Positions 20,838 through 30,123 of a stretch of 64,000 nt of DNA are shown here, piece by piece. Each line of letters starts with the position of its first letter. The stretch's first letter is position 1. The DNA is from Candidatus Hodarchaeota archaeon (GTDB lineage: Archaea > Asgardarchaeota > Heimdallarchaeia > Hodarchaeales > Hodarchaeaceae): NCBI GenBank assembly GCA_029856365.1, contig JAHQWW010000002.1, positions 1 through 64,000 on the forward strand, given 5' to 3'. The position numbers and the translations under genes are program-made. The notes under the pieces are model-generated. The model worked only from the letters and a program-made list of their open reading frames with translations, ran no database searches and was not told where the DNA came from.

Positions 20838-21311
20838 GTGCACATTATGGTTGAAATTGATCATGGATTTACAACAGAAATGAAATATGCTGTAGCGGGA
20901 ACTTTTACTGGAGGACTCTCTAGCAAAATTTATCCCTTACTTAAAAGTGAATGGTACAATGTTAAGAAAGTTTACCCTATTTGCCCTTATAAAAAGGAGA
21001 TTAATGGTGATCCTACTTATGGTTCGATTAAAGAACTTCCTGAACCAGTTGATGTAGTTGTTGTTGTTCATAAAAAAGAAATAACAACTGAAATTGTGAA
21101 GGAAGCATCGACATTAGACCCAAAACCAGCTATTTGGTTTATGCCAAGAACTGATTCAAAGGAAAGTATTGCGATTTGTGAAGAGAATGATATGAAATAT
21201 GGAATGTCCTGTCTCATGGGACACAGAGCAATTCCTGGATTCAAACGTTTCATCAATGGTCATTGGTGGCACTCTAAAGTTGGTGGAATGAATCGAATCC
21301 CTAAACAATAG
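20838..21311 (+). CDS. CoA-binding domain protein (YccU-like)
   Basis: VYPICP, YGSIKELPEPVDVVVV, IWF, CLM; true start may be ATG 20847. Confidence 0.8.
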   Translation: MHIMVEIDHGFTTEMKYAVAGTFTGGLSSKIYPLLKSEWYNVKKVYPICPYKKEINGDPTYGSIKELPEPVDVVVVVHKKEITTEIVKEASTLDPKPAIWFMPRTDSKESIAICEENDMKYGMSCLMGHRAIPGFKRFINGHWWHSKVGGMNRIPKQ

Positions 21312-21335
21312 GAACTTCTAAAGGAGGAATGTGCT

Positions 21336-21769
21336 TTGAGGATCCTTATTATTTATTATTCCTAGTCAGGAAATACAAAGAAAGTTGTAGAGTTAGTTGA
21401 AGAACATTTAAGATCTTTTGATCATGATGTATCCTGAGAAATGCTCTAACTGCAAGGAAAGAACAAGTTGTAGAAAGCGACTTGATTCTTATTGGTACTC
21501 CAGTTCACGGTTACATCTTATTTGGCCAGAGACCCACAAGGGAGATCAAAGAATTTCTTGAGCAATTACCACAAGATCTTAAAGGAAAACCAATTATTGG
21601 ATTTGCTACATATTTATTTTTTCCTGCTAGAGCCTTAAATCCCATTAGAAGAGCAGTTGAGGCACGAAATGGAAAAATATTAGGACTGATCGCACAAAGG
21701 AGGACAAAGAAGAAAACTTTAATGGAAGAAATTGTTGGTTGTATTCAACAACAAGATGTTAAGGTATAA
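21336..21769 (+). pseudogene. Flavodoxin pseudogene (in-frame TAG plus -1 frameshift)
   Basis: From TTG 21336: MRILIIYYS*SGNTKKV (TAG 21363-21365 inside the FMN loop). A frameshift at about 21434 joins to ...ESDLILIGTPVHG...GFATY. Confidence 0.85.
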
Positions 21770-21771
21770 CA

Positions 21772-22812
21772 TTGAAATCTTTGGATTCAAAATTACTGAA
21801 GAGATTTGATAAAGAATCAGATCTTTGTTTAATTACAGGCGCCTGTGGTTTTGTTGGATCACATCTAGTTGACACTCTTGTTTCCCAGGGAATTCCAGTC
21901 CGTGCTACTGATCTTCCAAATGCAACTCGGAAATATTTACCTTCTTCTAAGAAATTAGAATTCATACCTGTGGATCTTACGCATCCTCAAGAAGTTAAAG
22001 GCTTATTAAAAGGAGTTACTAAGATATTTCATCCTGCAGGAATCTTTCGTTTTAGTGCTCCAGCAAAATTGTTGTACAAAGTTAATGTTGAAGGCACAAC
22101 AAATCTTCTGTCTACAGCTCTCTCCGAGAACATTTCTCATTTTGTGAATTGGAGTACAGCAATGGTCTATGGTACTTTACAATATACCCCAGCAGATGAG
22201 AAACATCCAATTAAACCTGAAGATCCTTATTCTGAATCTAAATGGGTTCAAGAACAATTAGCACTTTCCTATTTCGAGGAAAATGGGTTACCAGTGAGCA
22301 TTTTAAGACCAACAGCGATTTATGGGCCAAGATCTATATATGGAACAGCAAATGCGATAATAGCTTTAGTCAATGGAAAAATCTTTGGAATCCCAGGGAG
22401 TGGGAAAACAGTTCAACATCATGTACATGTAAATGATGTTATTAGAGCGGCTATCTTCATGTCAGGAACGAAAAATACCAAAGGAGAAATTTTTAATATT
22501 GCTGATGACACCCCAATTACAATTGAAGAGTCATTTCGGATAGTCACAAAGTTAATAGATAAGAAATCTCCTAAATTCCACATCCCAAAATGGATAGTCA
22601 ATCTGTATGGTCATCTTGACCGAGTTTGGAGCAAACTTCTCGGAAAAACGAGTTTATTTGAAAAAACATCGTTGAAGTTGATTTTTTCAGATCATATTTT
22701 TGACAACACTAAATTGAAGAGTCTTGGATTCCAATATATAATACCGAGCTTTGAAGTAGGTATTGAAGCAACACTTCGATGGTATAAACAACAAGGATAT
22801 ATAGAATTCTAG
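21772..22812 (+). CDS. Extended SDR, NAD-dependent epimerase/dehydratase (3-beta-HSD-like)
   Basis: TGACGFVG, VNVEGT, YSESK, LRPTAIYGP, HVNDV. Confidence 0.9.
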   Translation: MKSLDSKLLKRFDKESDLCLITGACGFVGSHLVDTLVSQGIPVRATDLPNATRKYLPSSKKLEFIPVDLTHPQEVKGLLKGVTKIFHPAGIFRFSAPAKLLYKVNVEGTTNLLSTALSENISHFVNWSTAMVYGTLQYTPADEKHPIKPEDPYSESKWVQEQLALSYFEENGLPVSILRPTAIYGPRSIYGTANAIIALVNGKIFGIPGSGKTVQHHVHVNDVIRAAIFMSGTKNTKGEIFNIADDTPITIEESFRIVTKLIDKKSPKFHIPKWIVNLYGHLDRVWSKLLGKTSLFEKTSLKLIFSDHIFDNTKLKSLGFQYIIPSFEVGIEATLRWYKQQGYIEF

Positions 22813-23171
22813 TGTTCTTTTGTAGTTGCTTGCTTCAATCCTAAATATTCTCCTAAAATCATGAGGATAGGTTCAAGACCAAATAGAATTGCTGATACTA
22901 AAGGGTCAAAAGCATCTACAGTTATACCAAGAAAGTTGAAAGGAATTATCATGTAGTCTTTGCTTCCAGGGATAACATTAAACCATAGCATCATACCACC
23001 CACCTGAAAGATGAACAAAATACTAAGTCCAAGAAACCAGTTCGCTTTTTGAGTGATTTGTTGTTTCCCCATTAGATAACCTAGACTCATTCCACAAAAG
23101 AAAAGAAAAGGAAGATCAAAGGCAAACATCAAGTCATCCTCATGAAAGAATTTCTTTGTATATGTTTTCAA
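22809..23171 (-). CDS. Small three-TM membrane protein
   Basis: Three hydrophobic segments. Confidence 0.7.
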   Translation of the reverse strand: MKTYTKKFFHEDDLMFAFDLPFLFFCGMSLGYLMGKQQITQKANWFLGLSILFIFQVGGMMLWFNVIPGSKDYMIIPFNFLGITVDAFDPLVSAILFGLEPILMILGEYLGLKQATTKEH

Positions 23172-23178
23172 ATTTAAG

Positions 23179-23880
23179 TCATTCTTGAAATTTTCTTATA
23201 ATTTCAGGAAGCTCATTTAATTTTGATATTGTAATTATTTTAGAATCCACACGACCTTGATTAGTACGGTCTATCCACACTCCTTGTACACCTGCATTTA
23301 TAGCACCAAGGACATCTTTCTCCAGCTGATCACCGATATATAATATCTCATCAAGAGAAAGATTCAGCTCCTTGACACTTTTTTTAAAGATTTCTGGTGC
23401 TGGTTCTCGTAAACCAACTTCCCCAGATATTATTATAGAGCTAAAAAAGGAAATTATCTCTGTATATGCTAATCTTTCTCTTTGCTGTTCTCCATCACCA
23501 TCGGAGATAATTCCAAGAGGTTGATTTTTCAACATAGTAAGGCAGGGTACAACATCATCATATAATATCCAATTCTGTTCATAATTAAAGAGGTATTGTT
23601 TGAAAACATCCATTGGTTTTTCAATTGAAAAATGACAATCCCACTTCTCAAATACCTTTTGAACTCTTAAGATCCGTTGTTGCTCGAAAGAAATACGGCC
23701 ATCCAAATACTCATTAATATAGTGATCTGTTTTCATTTTCCACGTTGTAAAAAATTCATTAAAGCTCACATGAGGGATCCTGTTCTTCATAAGCGAATAA
23801 AGACTGAAAAACGATTTTGATAGTGCATGTTCATGATCAAGGAGAGTCCCATCGATGTCAAACACAATGGCATTAATCAT
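23179..23880 (-). CDS. HAD-family hydrolase (YjjG-like), catalytic Lys replaced
   Basis: FDIDGTL, IGDQLEKDV; GLREPAPEIF where KP is expected. Confidence 0.85.
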   Translation of the reverse strand: MINAIVFDIDGTLLDHEHALSKSFFSLYSLMKNRIPHVSFNEFFTTWKMKTDHYINEYLDGRISFEQQRILRVQKVFEKWDCHFSIEKPMDVFKQYLFNYEQNWILYDDVVPCLTMLKNQPLGIISDGDGEQQRERLAYTEIISFFSSIIISGEVGLREPAPEIFKKSVKELNLSLDEILYIGDQLEKDVLGAINAGVQGVWIDRTNQGRVDSKIITISKLNELPEIIRKFQE

Positions 23881-24006
23881 TTTTCATCCTATCTTCAAGT
23901 TGATACTTATATTTATAAAAATCATTGAAAATCATAATAATGCCCTTAAAAATCCATTTTAAAGAGAATTTTACCGAAGAAAATAGAAAAGACCAGGAAA
24001 TCACAT

Positions 24007-24657
24007 ATGAAAGCTTGGAATGAATCTTGGAAAACGGAAGAAGGGAGAGCTCATTGGTTAGAACCTGATCCATTTATTGTTTCCTTAATACCTAAATTTG
24101 AGAAAGAGGAGGTAGAAAAAGTTCTTGATCTTGGTTTCGGTATTGGTCGTCACACTATTCTTTTTGCTAAAAAGAGATTTGATGTTTATGGAATAGATCC
24201 AAGTAGTTCTGGTCTCGAATTTGCAATGAAGTGGGCTCAACGGGAAAGAATTATTCTGAAACTTATAACAGGGGATATGAGTCAACTACCATTTAAAAAC
24301 AATTTTTTTGATTTAATAATTGCATGGAACGTTATATATCATGGTACAGCTGAAATTATTCATAATACTATCAATGAGATAATGAAATGCCTAAAAATCG
24401 GTGGTTATTTACTTTGTACTTTAATCTCAACGAAACATAACAAATATGGGATTGGAAAAGAGATTGAAAAAGATACATTCGTGATTAGTGAAGAAACGGA
24501 AAAGAGTCATCCTCATCATTATTTTAACAAAGATGAGATTGCCCAATATTTAAAAGAATTCGCTCCCATAATATGTGATGACAAAGAGCAATTTTATCCT
24601 GGATTATTTCACTGGTATATTTTAACCAAACTTGTATCGAAATCTGAGGGAAGGTAG
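24007..24657 (+). CDS. Class I SAM-dependent methyltransferase
   Basis: VLDLGFGIGRH, GIDPS, GDMSQLPF, FDLII, LKIGG. Confidence 0.92.
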   Translation: MKAWNESWKTEEGRAHWLEPDPFIVSLIPKFEKEEVEKVLDLGFGIGRHTILFAKKRFDVYGIDPSSSGLEFAMKWAQRERIILKLITGDMSQLPFKNNFFDLIIAWNVIYHGTAEIIHNTINEIMKCLKIGGYLLCTLISTKHNKYGIGKEIEKDTFVISEETEKSHPHHYFNKDEIAQYLKEFAPIICDDKEQFYPGLFHWYILTKLVSKSEGR

Positions 24658-24659
24658 TA

Positions 24660-25448
24660 ATTAGAAACACCAAAAAAGATATTAAAAAAGTATTTCATCT
24701 AGGTGAGCCATTCAAAATTTATTAGAGCTGGGAACCAATAAATATAGTTCCTATCAAGATTTATCCATAAATAATAATGTTTTTCAAGTAGGAACTAGGA
24801 GTACAGCCATTTTCTGTGGATTTCATTATGATACATATGAAAATTGGAAATATGAAAAACAGAATAATTTGTTTAAGAAGAAAAGATATAGAAAGTGTCA
24901 GAACTGAATATTTAAAGCGTTTAACATTAATAAAATATATTGAAATAGTAAAAGCAAGTATTACTAACGAGGTGTTGAAAAGAAATCCACCATTATAACC
25001 AATCGAGAGAGGGTAAAACAGAACTGCAAGAAAACCTCACTGTGCAACCTCTTTACTATTTGAGTGTAATAAAATCCTATAAATTACATTTGGTAATGAG
25101 ATATCTGCTAGGAATAGTGGAATAAGACTAAATTCACATCCAATATGACTGGAATACTTATTACATATAGAAATAATGGAGGGTACGTATAAGAATTCAA
25201 AACTTGGTCAGAAGCTTCGGATACATAAGGTAACCAGTTTCCATCAATAAATTCTTCTGCAAACTTCCTATAGTAATATTTATAATCAAAATAAGGCTTT
25301 AACGATCCAACTATTAATTGATCCCACGGTTCTGTCGGCCAGGAAAAGAAAAAAAATGATATACAAATATAAATATTCTAATTACTACAAAGAATAAGAA
25401 TAATATAATGATCTTTTCTCTGTTTTGGAAAATACTTATCTGTGCCAT
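24660..25448 (-). pseudogene. GT-C fold (GT87/DUF2029-like) glycosyltransferase pseudogene; absent from ORF track
   Basis: From ATG 25448, across frames: MAQISIF..TM.. / KPYFDYKYYYRKFAEEFIDGNWLPY...YTYPPLFLY / PLFLADI...IYRIL..Q*GFLAVLFYPLSIGYNGG..FNTSL...SFLLKQ. At least two frameshifts; stops at 25037-39 and 24761-63. Confidence 0.8.
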
Positions 25449-25517
25449 TTACTGGAAATCCTTTAATTACCACAGTAAAAATAAAACATTGCCATTATAT
25501 GATTATTAGGGATTTAA

Positions 25518-26420
25518 ATGTTAACAGGGATTCATTTTCTTTTGACTATGAGCTGTAATTTCGAATGTGATCATTGCTTCTTATATTGTAGTCCAAATTT
25601 TGAAGGTACTTTTACTCTGAGGCAATTAAGAGCTGTCCACGAAGAAATGAGGAAAATTGAGACAATAAAAATGGTTTATTATGAAGGTGGAGAACCTTTT
25701 CTTTTTTACCCTCTCATGCTTGAGGGGATCCGAATTTCTCATGAGATGGGATTCAAAACTGGTGTAGTAACTAATTCTTATTGGGCAACATCTGAAGAAG
25801 ATGCGGAACTATGGTTGAAACCTCTCCTAGACCTAGGAATCTCGGATGTAAGTGTAAGTAATGATGTTTTTCACCACGGAGAAGTTAAGATAAATCCTGC
25901 TATAAGAGCCTTAGCAGCTATGAAAAAATTAGACATAGCAGGGGGCGATATATGCATTCAAGAACCTAAAATTGATATAGCTAAGACTCAAGAGAAAGGA
26001 GAACCAGTAATTGGAGGAGGCGCTATGTTTAGAGGAAGAGCAGTTGAAAAATTAATTACCAATGAATTACCAAGAAAACATTGGAAAGAATTCACAGAAT
26101 GTCCTTATGAGGAATTAGAAGCCCCAGGAAGAGTTCATCCTGATCCTTTTGGTAATGTCCATATCTGTCAAGGCCTTAGTATGGGGAATATGTGGAAAAC
26201 ACCCCTCTCAGAGCTGGTGAAGAACTATGATGCACACTTACATCCTATTTGTGGACCACTAGTAAAAGGAGGGCCAGCGGAACTAGCAAGAAAATACCAA
26301 GTTAAACATGAAGATAAATATGTAGACGCTTGCCACTTTTGTTATATGGTTCGTAAGGCTTTACTTGATAAATTCCCCGAATATCTAGCCCCTAAACAGG
26401 TTTACGGATTGATAGAATAA
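25518..26420 (+). CDS. Radical SAM protein
   Basis: CNFECDHC, GGEPFL, TNSYW; additional C-terminal Cys (CHFCY). Confidence 0.92.
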   Translation: MLTGIHFLLTMSCNFECDHCFLYCSPNFEGTFTLRQLRAVHEEMRKIETIKMVYYEGGEPFLFYPLMLEGIRISHEMGFKTGVVTNSYWATSEEDAELWLKPLLDLGISDVSVSNDVFHHGEVKINPAIRALAAMKKLDIAGGDICIQEPKIDIAKTQEKGEPVIGGGAMFRGRAVEKLITNELPRKHWKEFTECPYEELEAPGRVHPDPFGNVHICQGLSMGNMWKTPLSELVKNYDAHLHPICGPLVKGGPAELARKYQVKHEDKYVDACHFCYMVRKALLDKFPEYLAPKQVYGLIE

Positions 26421-26498
26421 GTATCATTTAATATATAAGCTTAACGGCCAAAAAGTTCATAACTCCTTCAACAAAACTTATCTTTTGAGGGAATTTTT

Positions 26499-27539
26499 TT
26501 GCTAAAAGATTTCAACAGTTATTTTCTGAATGATGAAATGAGAGCTTATTTTGAAGACTATAAATTATATACTCTACAAATAGAAGTAAATCAAGTCTGT
26601 CATCAGAACTGTATTTATTGTTATGCTCGTGAGTCACGCGGAGAAGAAATGAAAACAGATTTTGTTAAGAGTATTCTCGATGATGCTGCAGAAATAAAAG
26701 TACGGAAAATTGAGTGGTTGGGAGGTGATTGCCTCCTTCATACATCTTGGAAGGAACTAATGGCATACGCAAAATATGATCACAATCTCATCAACAATAT
26801 TTGGACTAGTGGAAATCAACTAAACAAAAACTCAGTCGCAGAGAAATGTGTTGAATTAACGAGTGATGGAGGTTTTATATCAGTCCATTTGGACTCGGTA
26901 AATCCTGATAGATATAAAGAACTTACTAAAGGCAATATTCGCTTCCTTGAAGATACATTAAGAGGGCTCCAAAAACTAATCGATTTTGGAAAACCTTCAT
27001 CAGAAATTCTAAATTGCATGGCATTAACAGGACTTGTCGTGGGGCAAGATTTTGAAAACACTATTCATTACTTCCATGAAAAATTCGATATTCCTGTTAC
27101 CTTTATAAGTTATAAACCTACTAGTGATGATCCTCGCTTATTAATATCACCTCAACAGATCAAAGAGGCAGAGAGAATAAAAACAGATACCTTTTTGGGG
27201 TCTGAAGTACCAATTATACCACAATGTGTTTCAAAATTTTATTGTGGAACTACCGCAGCGATTATACCTGAGGCAGGAGATCCAAACGTAGGTAATCTGA
27301 CAGTATGTTCACGAATTCGAGAATCATTTGCGAAAATTGAATCCAACCAGTCTTTCAAGAACCAATTCAACAAAAATAAACACATTTTACTCACTAGGAA
27401 ACTCAAAGAAATTTCTAATCTTCCAGATGATTGTCAACAGTGTACATACAACAATATTTGTTGGGGATGTCGAAGTAATGCCTGGTATTATGCTGGAGAC
27501 ATATTTGCTGGAGATCCTAGATGTTGGCGAAGGTGTTAA
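26499..27539 (+). CDS. Radical SAM/SPASM domain protein
   Basis: CHQNCIYC; C-terminal CQQC...CWGCRSNA...DPRC SPASM pattern. Confidence 0.92.
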   Translation: MLKDFNSYFLNDEMRAYFEDYKLYTLQIEVNQVCHQNCIYCYARESRGEEMKTDFVKSILDDAAEIKVRKIEWLGGDCLLHTSWKELMAYAKYDHNLINNIWTSGNQLNKNSVAEKCVELTSDGGFISVHLDSVNPDRYKELTKGNIRFLEDTLRGLQKLIDFGKPSSEILNCMALTGLVVGQDFENTIHYFHEKFDIPVTFISYKPTSDDPRLLISPQQIKEAERIKTDTFLGSEVPIIPQCVSKFYCGTTAAIIPEAGDPNVGNLTVCSRIRESFAKIESNQSFKNQFNKNKHILLTRKLKEISNLPDDCQQCTYNNICWGCRSNAWYYAGDIFAGDPRCWRRC

Positions 27540-27540
27540 T

Positions 27541-27911
27541 TTTACACAAAAAGATTACTTAATAGAATTACAAGAAATCAATAAAATTATGGTGAATGAT
27601 CCAAAAAAGCTCACATCGAAGGACAAGAAACGATTTTGGCAAATAATAGGAATAATTAAGCGTGAAATCTCACCAAATACTCAGTTTTTTTCTATGGAGG
27701 AATAGGAACGGTTGTGACTTCAGCAGTAGTGGTAAGAATACAATTATTTGTTTTCGGAGATATATTTTGGTATTTAATACCTATCCTACTATTTCATGGG
27801 GAACTACTTGATTTTTTGAATTTAGGGGGTACTCTTTCAGGAGGAGAATTTCATCATTTTAGGCGAGAGAGAAGAATCATAAAAGATTGGAAGGAACAAT
27901 TTGATATTTGA
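27541..27911 (+). pseudogene. Probable broken membrane-protein gene
   Basis: An N-terminal piece (...KRFWQIIGIIKRE) joins out of frame at the T7 run 27685-27691 to a hydrophobic C-terminal piece (GGIGTVV...GGEFHHFRRERR). No valid start follows the AGGTG RBS. Confidence 0.45.
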
Positions 27912-28171
27912 TTATATTGTTCAAGTCTAAGAAGCTGTCTTGGAACAAAGAAGAAAAAAGCTTTTCTAGATAGATGAAAGATTAATTCTTTAAATGTAAA
28001 AAGAAAAGAAGCTTATAATTGGCGTAAAATAAATTATTTCGATCATAGAACTTAGATATATCCTTGTATTTCAATAATGAACATTAAGTTCCTATAATCA
28101 TTTATTTAGAATTTTCAGATATAATAGTAATATCTAGCAGTTTAGATATAACACTTCCAGGGGTTCTATTT

Positions 28172-29827
28172 TTAAGTTAGGTGAGTAATTAGATGTTGAG
28201 CTTTTTTAAGATATTCTTCCATTTGTGCCTGTCGAAATCGATCCTGAAGGGAAGCATTATTGCGAATCAGTTCGTTCCATTTATCAAGGTCAGCTTCTAA
28301 TCTCTGTTCTTCTGCTTCCACTTTATCCTTTAGTAGAATAATGTCATTTTCGGTGGCAACCGTCTTGGCTTGGTCGAGGAAGGCCAGGGCTTGGTGAAGC
28401 TCTCCTTCAATCATTGCAATTTTGGCTTTCAACACTAAAACTTCTCCAATAAACATAAGCTTCTTTTTATGTTGAGCTTGGATATAGAATTGTTCAATAA
28501 ATGTCTTTAATTCCTCCCATACTTCTAATTCACCAGTTGCTTTCGCTTCAAAGACTAAAAGCTCACAGAGATGGAACAGGCCAAACATGGCATCATCCCA
28601 GCGCCATTTAAACGTTTCCTCGGTCACAATTTGTTTTAAGGTCGTTTGAGCTTGGGCTTTGTTCACCATTCGAGGACTCTGCTTTAAAATCAACGCCTCC
28701 GCTAAACGACAACGTAATTCGATGTGCTTACTGGGCGTCCTGGCATTGATCTTCTGAAATTGATCTAGGTATGATTTGGCTTGGAGGAGTTCCTTTCGGT
28801 CTAGCATCAGACGAATAAGATAATGTAATACTAATGCTGTTTGAATATCGTCTTCACGGGCCTCATGTAAGGTTAAACTTCGTTGAAGACAATTTAGTGA
28901 GTTATTTAACTCCCCTTTCATATGATAGATTATACCCTTACTCAATTCAATGCTAGCAATGAGTTTTTTACTACTTGTTGTTTCAGCTAGGGCTAAAGCT
29001 CGTTGGTAATATTCTAGAGCAGTGTCAAGCTTCCATCTAAGAAAATAAGTCCATCCGACACAACCTAAGGCCCAAGCAATTTTGATTGGATTACCACTCT
29101 CTTCAGCATAGGTTAAGCTCCGTTGGTAATGTTCCAACATTGCATCGTACTCACCTTTATGTAGGTAAATATGCCCAATACCAATTGAGACACTCCCCAT
29201 ACCTAACTTGTGATCTAACCTCTCATATAGAGTGAAAGCTCGCTGGTAGTACTCTAATGCCATGTTGTCTTTAGTTTTTTGGTAATAGAACCTTCCAAAA
29301 GAATAAATAGTCTCTGCAATGTAATTAGGGGTGCCAAATTTCTCAAAACCAGCCAAAGCCTGGCGTAAGTGGTCTAACGCAAGGTCTGGTTTATCTTTGT
29401 CTAAAAAAGAAATCGCCTTTGTAAGTTTGAATAAATAAATCCAGAAGCTCCCAGACTCTTGGTTTATAACAGGTAATTTCTTCAAGAGAGCATCTCCCTC
29501 TGTGATGAGGGTATAGACATCATCCATTTTCTCTAGTTCTAGTAAAGCACGGATCTCTGCGCTTAACAACGCCAAAAGAAGCTGAGTATTTTTTGTTTTC
29601 TGAATTTTTTTACGAGTGGTGGTGGCAACTTGGAGGCCCTGTTCAAATTGACCCAAAGCTTGCAAGGCAAAGCTGTGAAAAATTGTGTGTTCAATCTGTT
29701 CATTTCTCGTAAGAGAAGTACCATTTTTTTGTGTTTCCAACTTCACAAGTTGATCCAAGACTTCTTGATACTTACCTCGTTCAAACAAGTCTTTAATGAC
29801 CTTTGTTGTCATTATTAAGTAAAGCAC
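28172..29827 (-). CDS. Tetratricopeptide repeat protein
   Basis: Repeated G..Y..KG....ALEYYQRAL TPR helices. Confidence 0.9.
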   Translation of the reverse strand: MLYLIMTTKVIKDLFERGKYQEVLDQLVKLETQKNGTSLTRNEQIEHTIFHSFALQALGQFEQGLQVATTTRKKIQKTKNTQLLLALLSAEIRALLELEKMDDVYTLITEGDALLKKLPVINQESGSFWIYLFKLTKAISFLDKDKPDLALDHLRQALAGFEKFGTPNYIAETIYSFGRFYYQKTKDNMALEYYQRAFTLYERLDHKLGMGSVSIGIGHIYLHKGEYDAMLEHYQRSLTYAEESGNPIKIAWALGCVGWTYFLRWKLDTALEYYQRALALAETTSSKKLIASIELSKGIIYHMKGELNNSLNCLQRSLTLHEAREDDIQTALVLHYLIRLMLDRKELLQAKSYLDQFQKINARTPSKHIELRCRLAEALILKQSPRMVNKAQAQTTLKQIVTEETFKWRWDDAMFGLFHLCELLVFEAKATGELEVWEELKTFIEQFYIQAQHKKKLMFIGEVLVLKAKIAMIEGELHQALAFLDQAKTVATENDIILLKDKVEAEEQRLEADLDKWNELIRNNASLQDRFRQAQMEEYLKKAQHLITHLT

Positions 29828-30123
29828 TCCCAGTTCTAATAGCCTATAAAATGATGTTTCTTAAGTCACTACAAAATCCACTAATAAAAAAGTTTCTTAA
29901 AATCCTGAAAGTCATACAAAATCAAATATCTAGGCATTTCGTCCCTATACTTATGTTTCTTAGTGATTTATTTAATTTTTTAACTCTGGGAGACCTTTTT
30001 CCTTAGGGGAATTTTATCATCTCAAATGAAAAGAAAAGAATCATAAAAACATAGAGATAAATTCGATAATTAAGAAATTTAATCTGAAATAAACTGATTC
30101 ACATATATAACGATGAATTAAGA

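Noticed and set aside
21363-21365. In-frame TAG as pyrrolysine or recoding
   Set aside because: The same gene also has a frameshift, many intact genes in the window end in TAG, and no pyl genes are present.
25037-25039. In-frame TGA as selenocysteine
   Set aside because: It lies in a multiply broken glycosyltransferase at a probable Trp position, with no redox motif.
27328-27540. First part of the 125-aa ORF as a SPASM precursor peptide
   Set aside because: It is an alternate frame within the rSAM gene; only the part after 27541 looks like a gene remnant.
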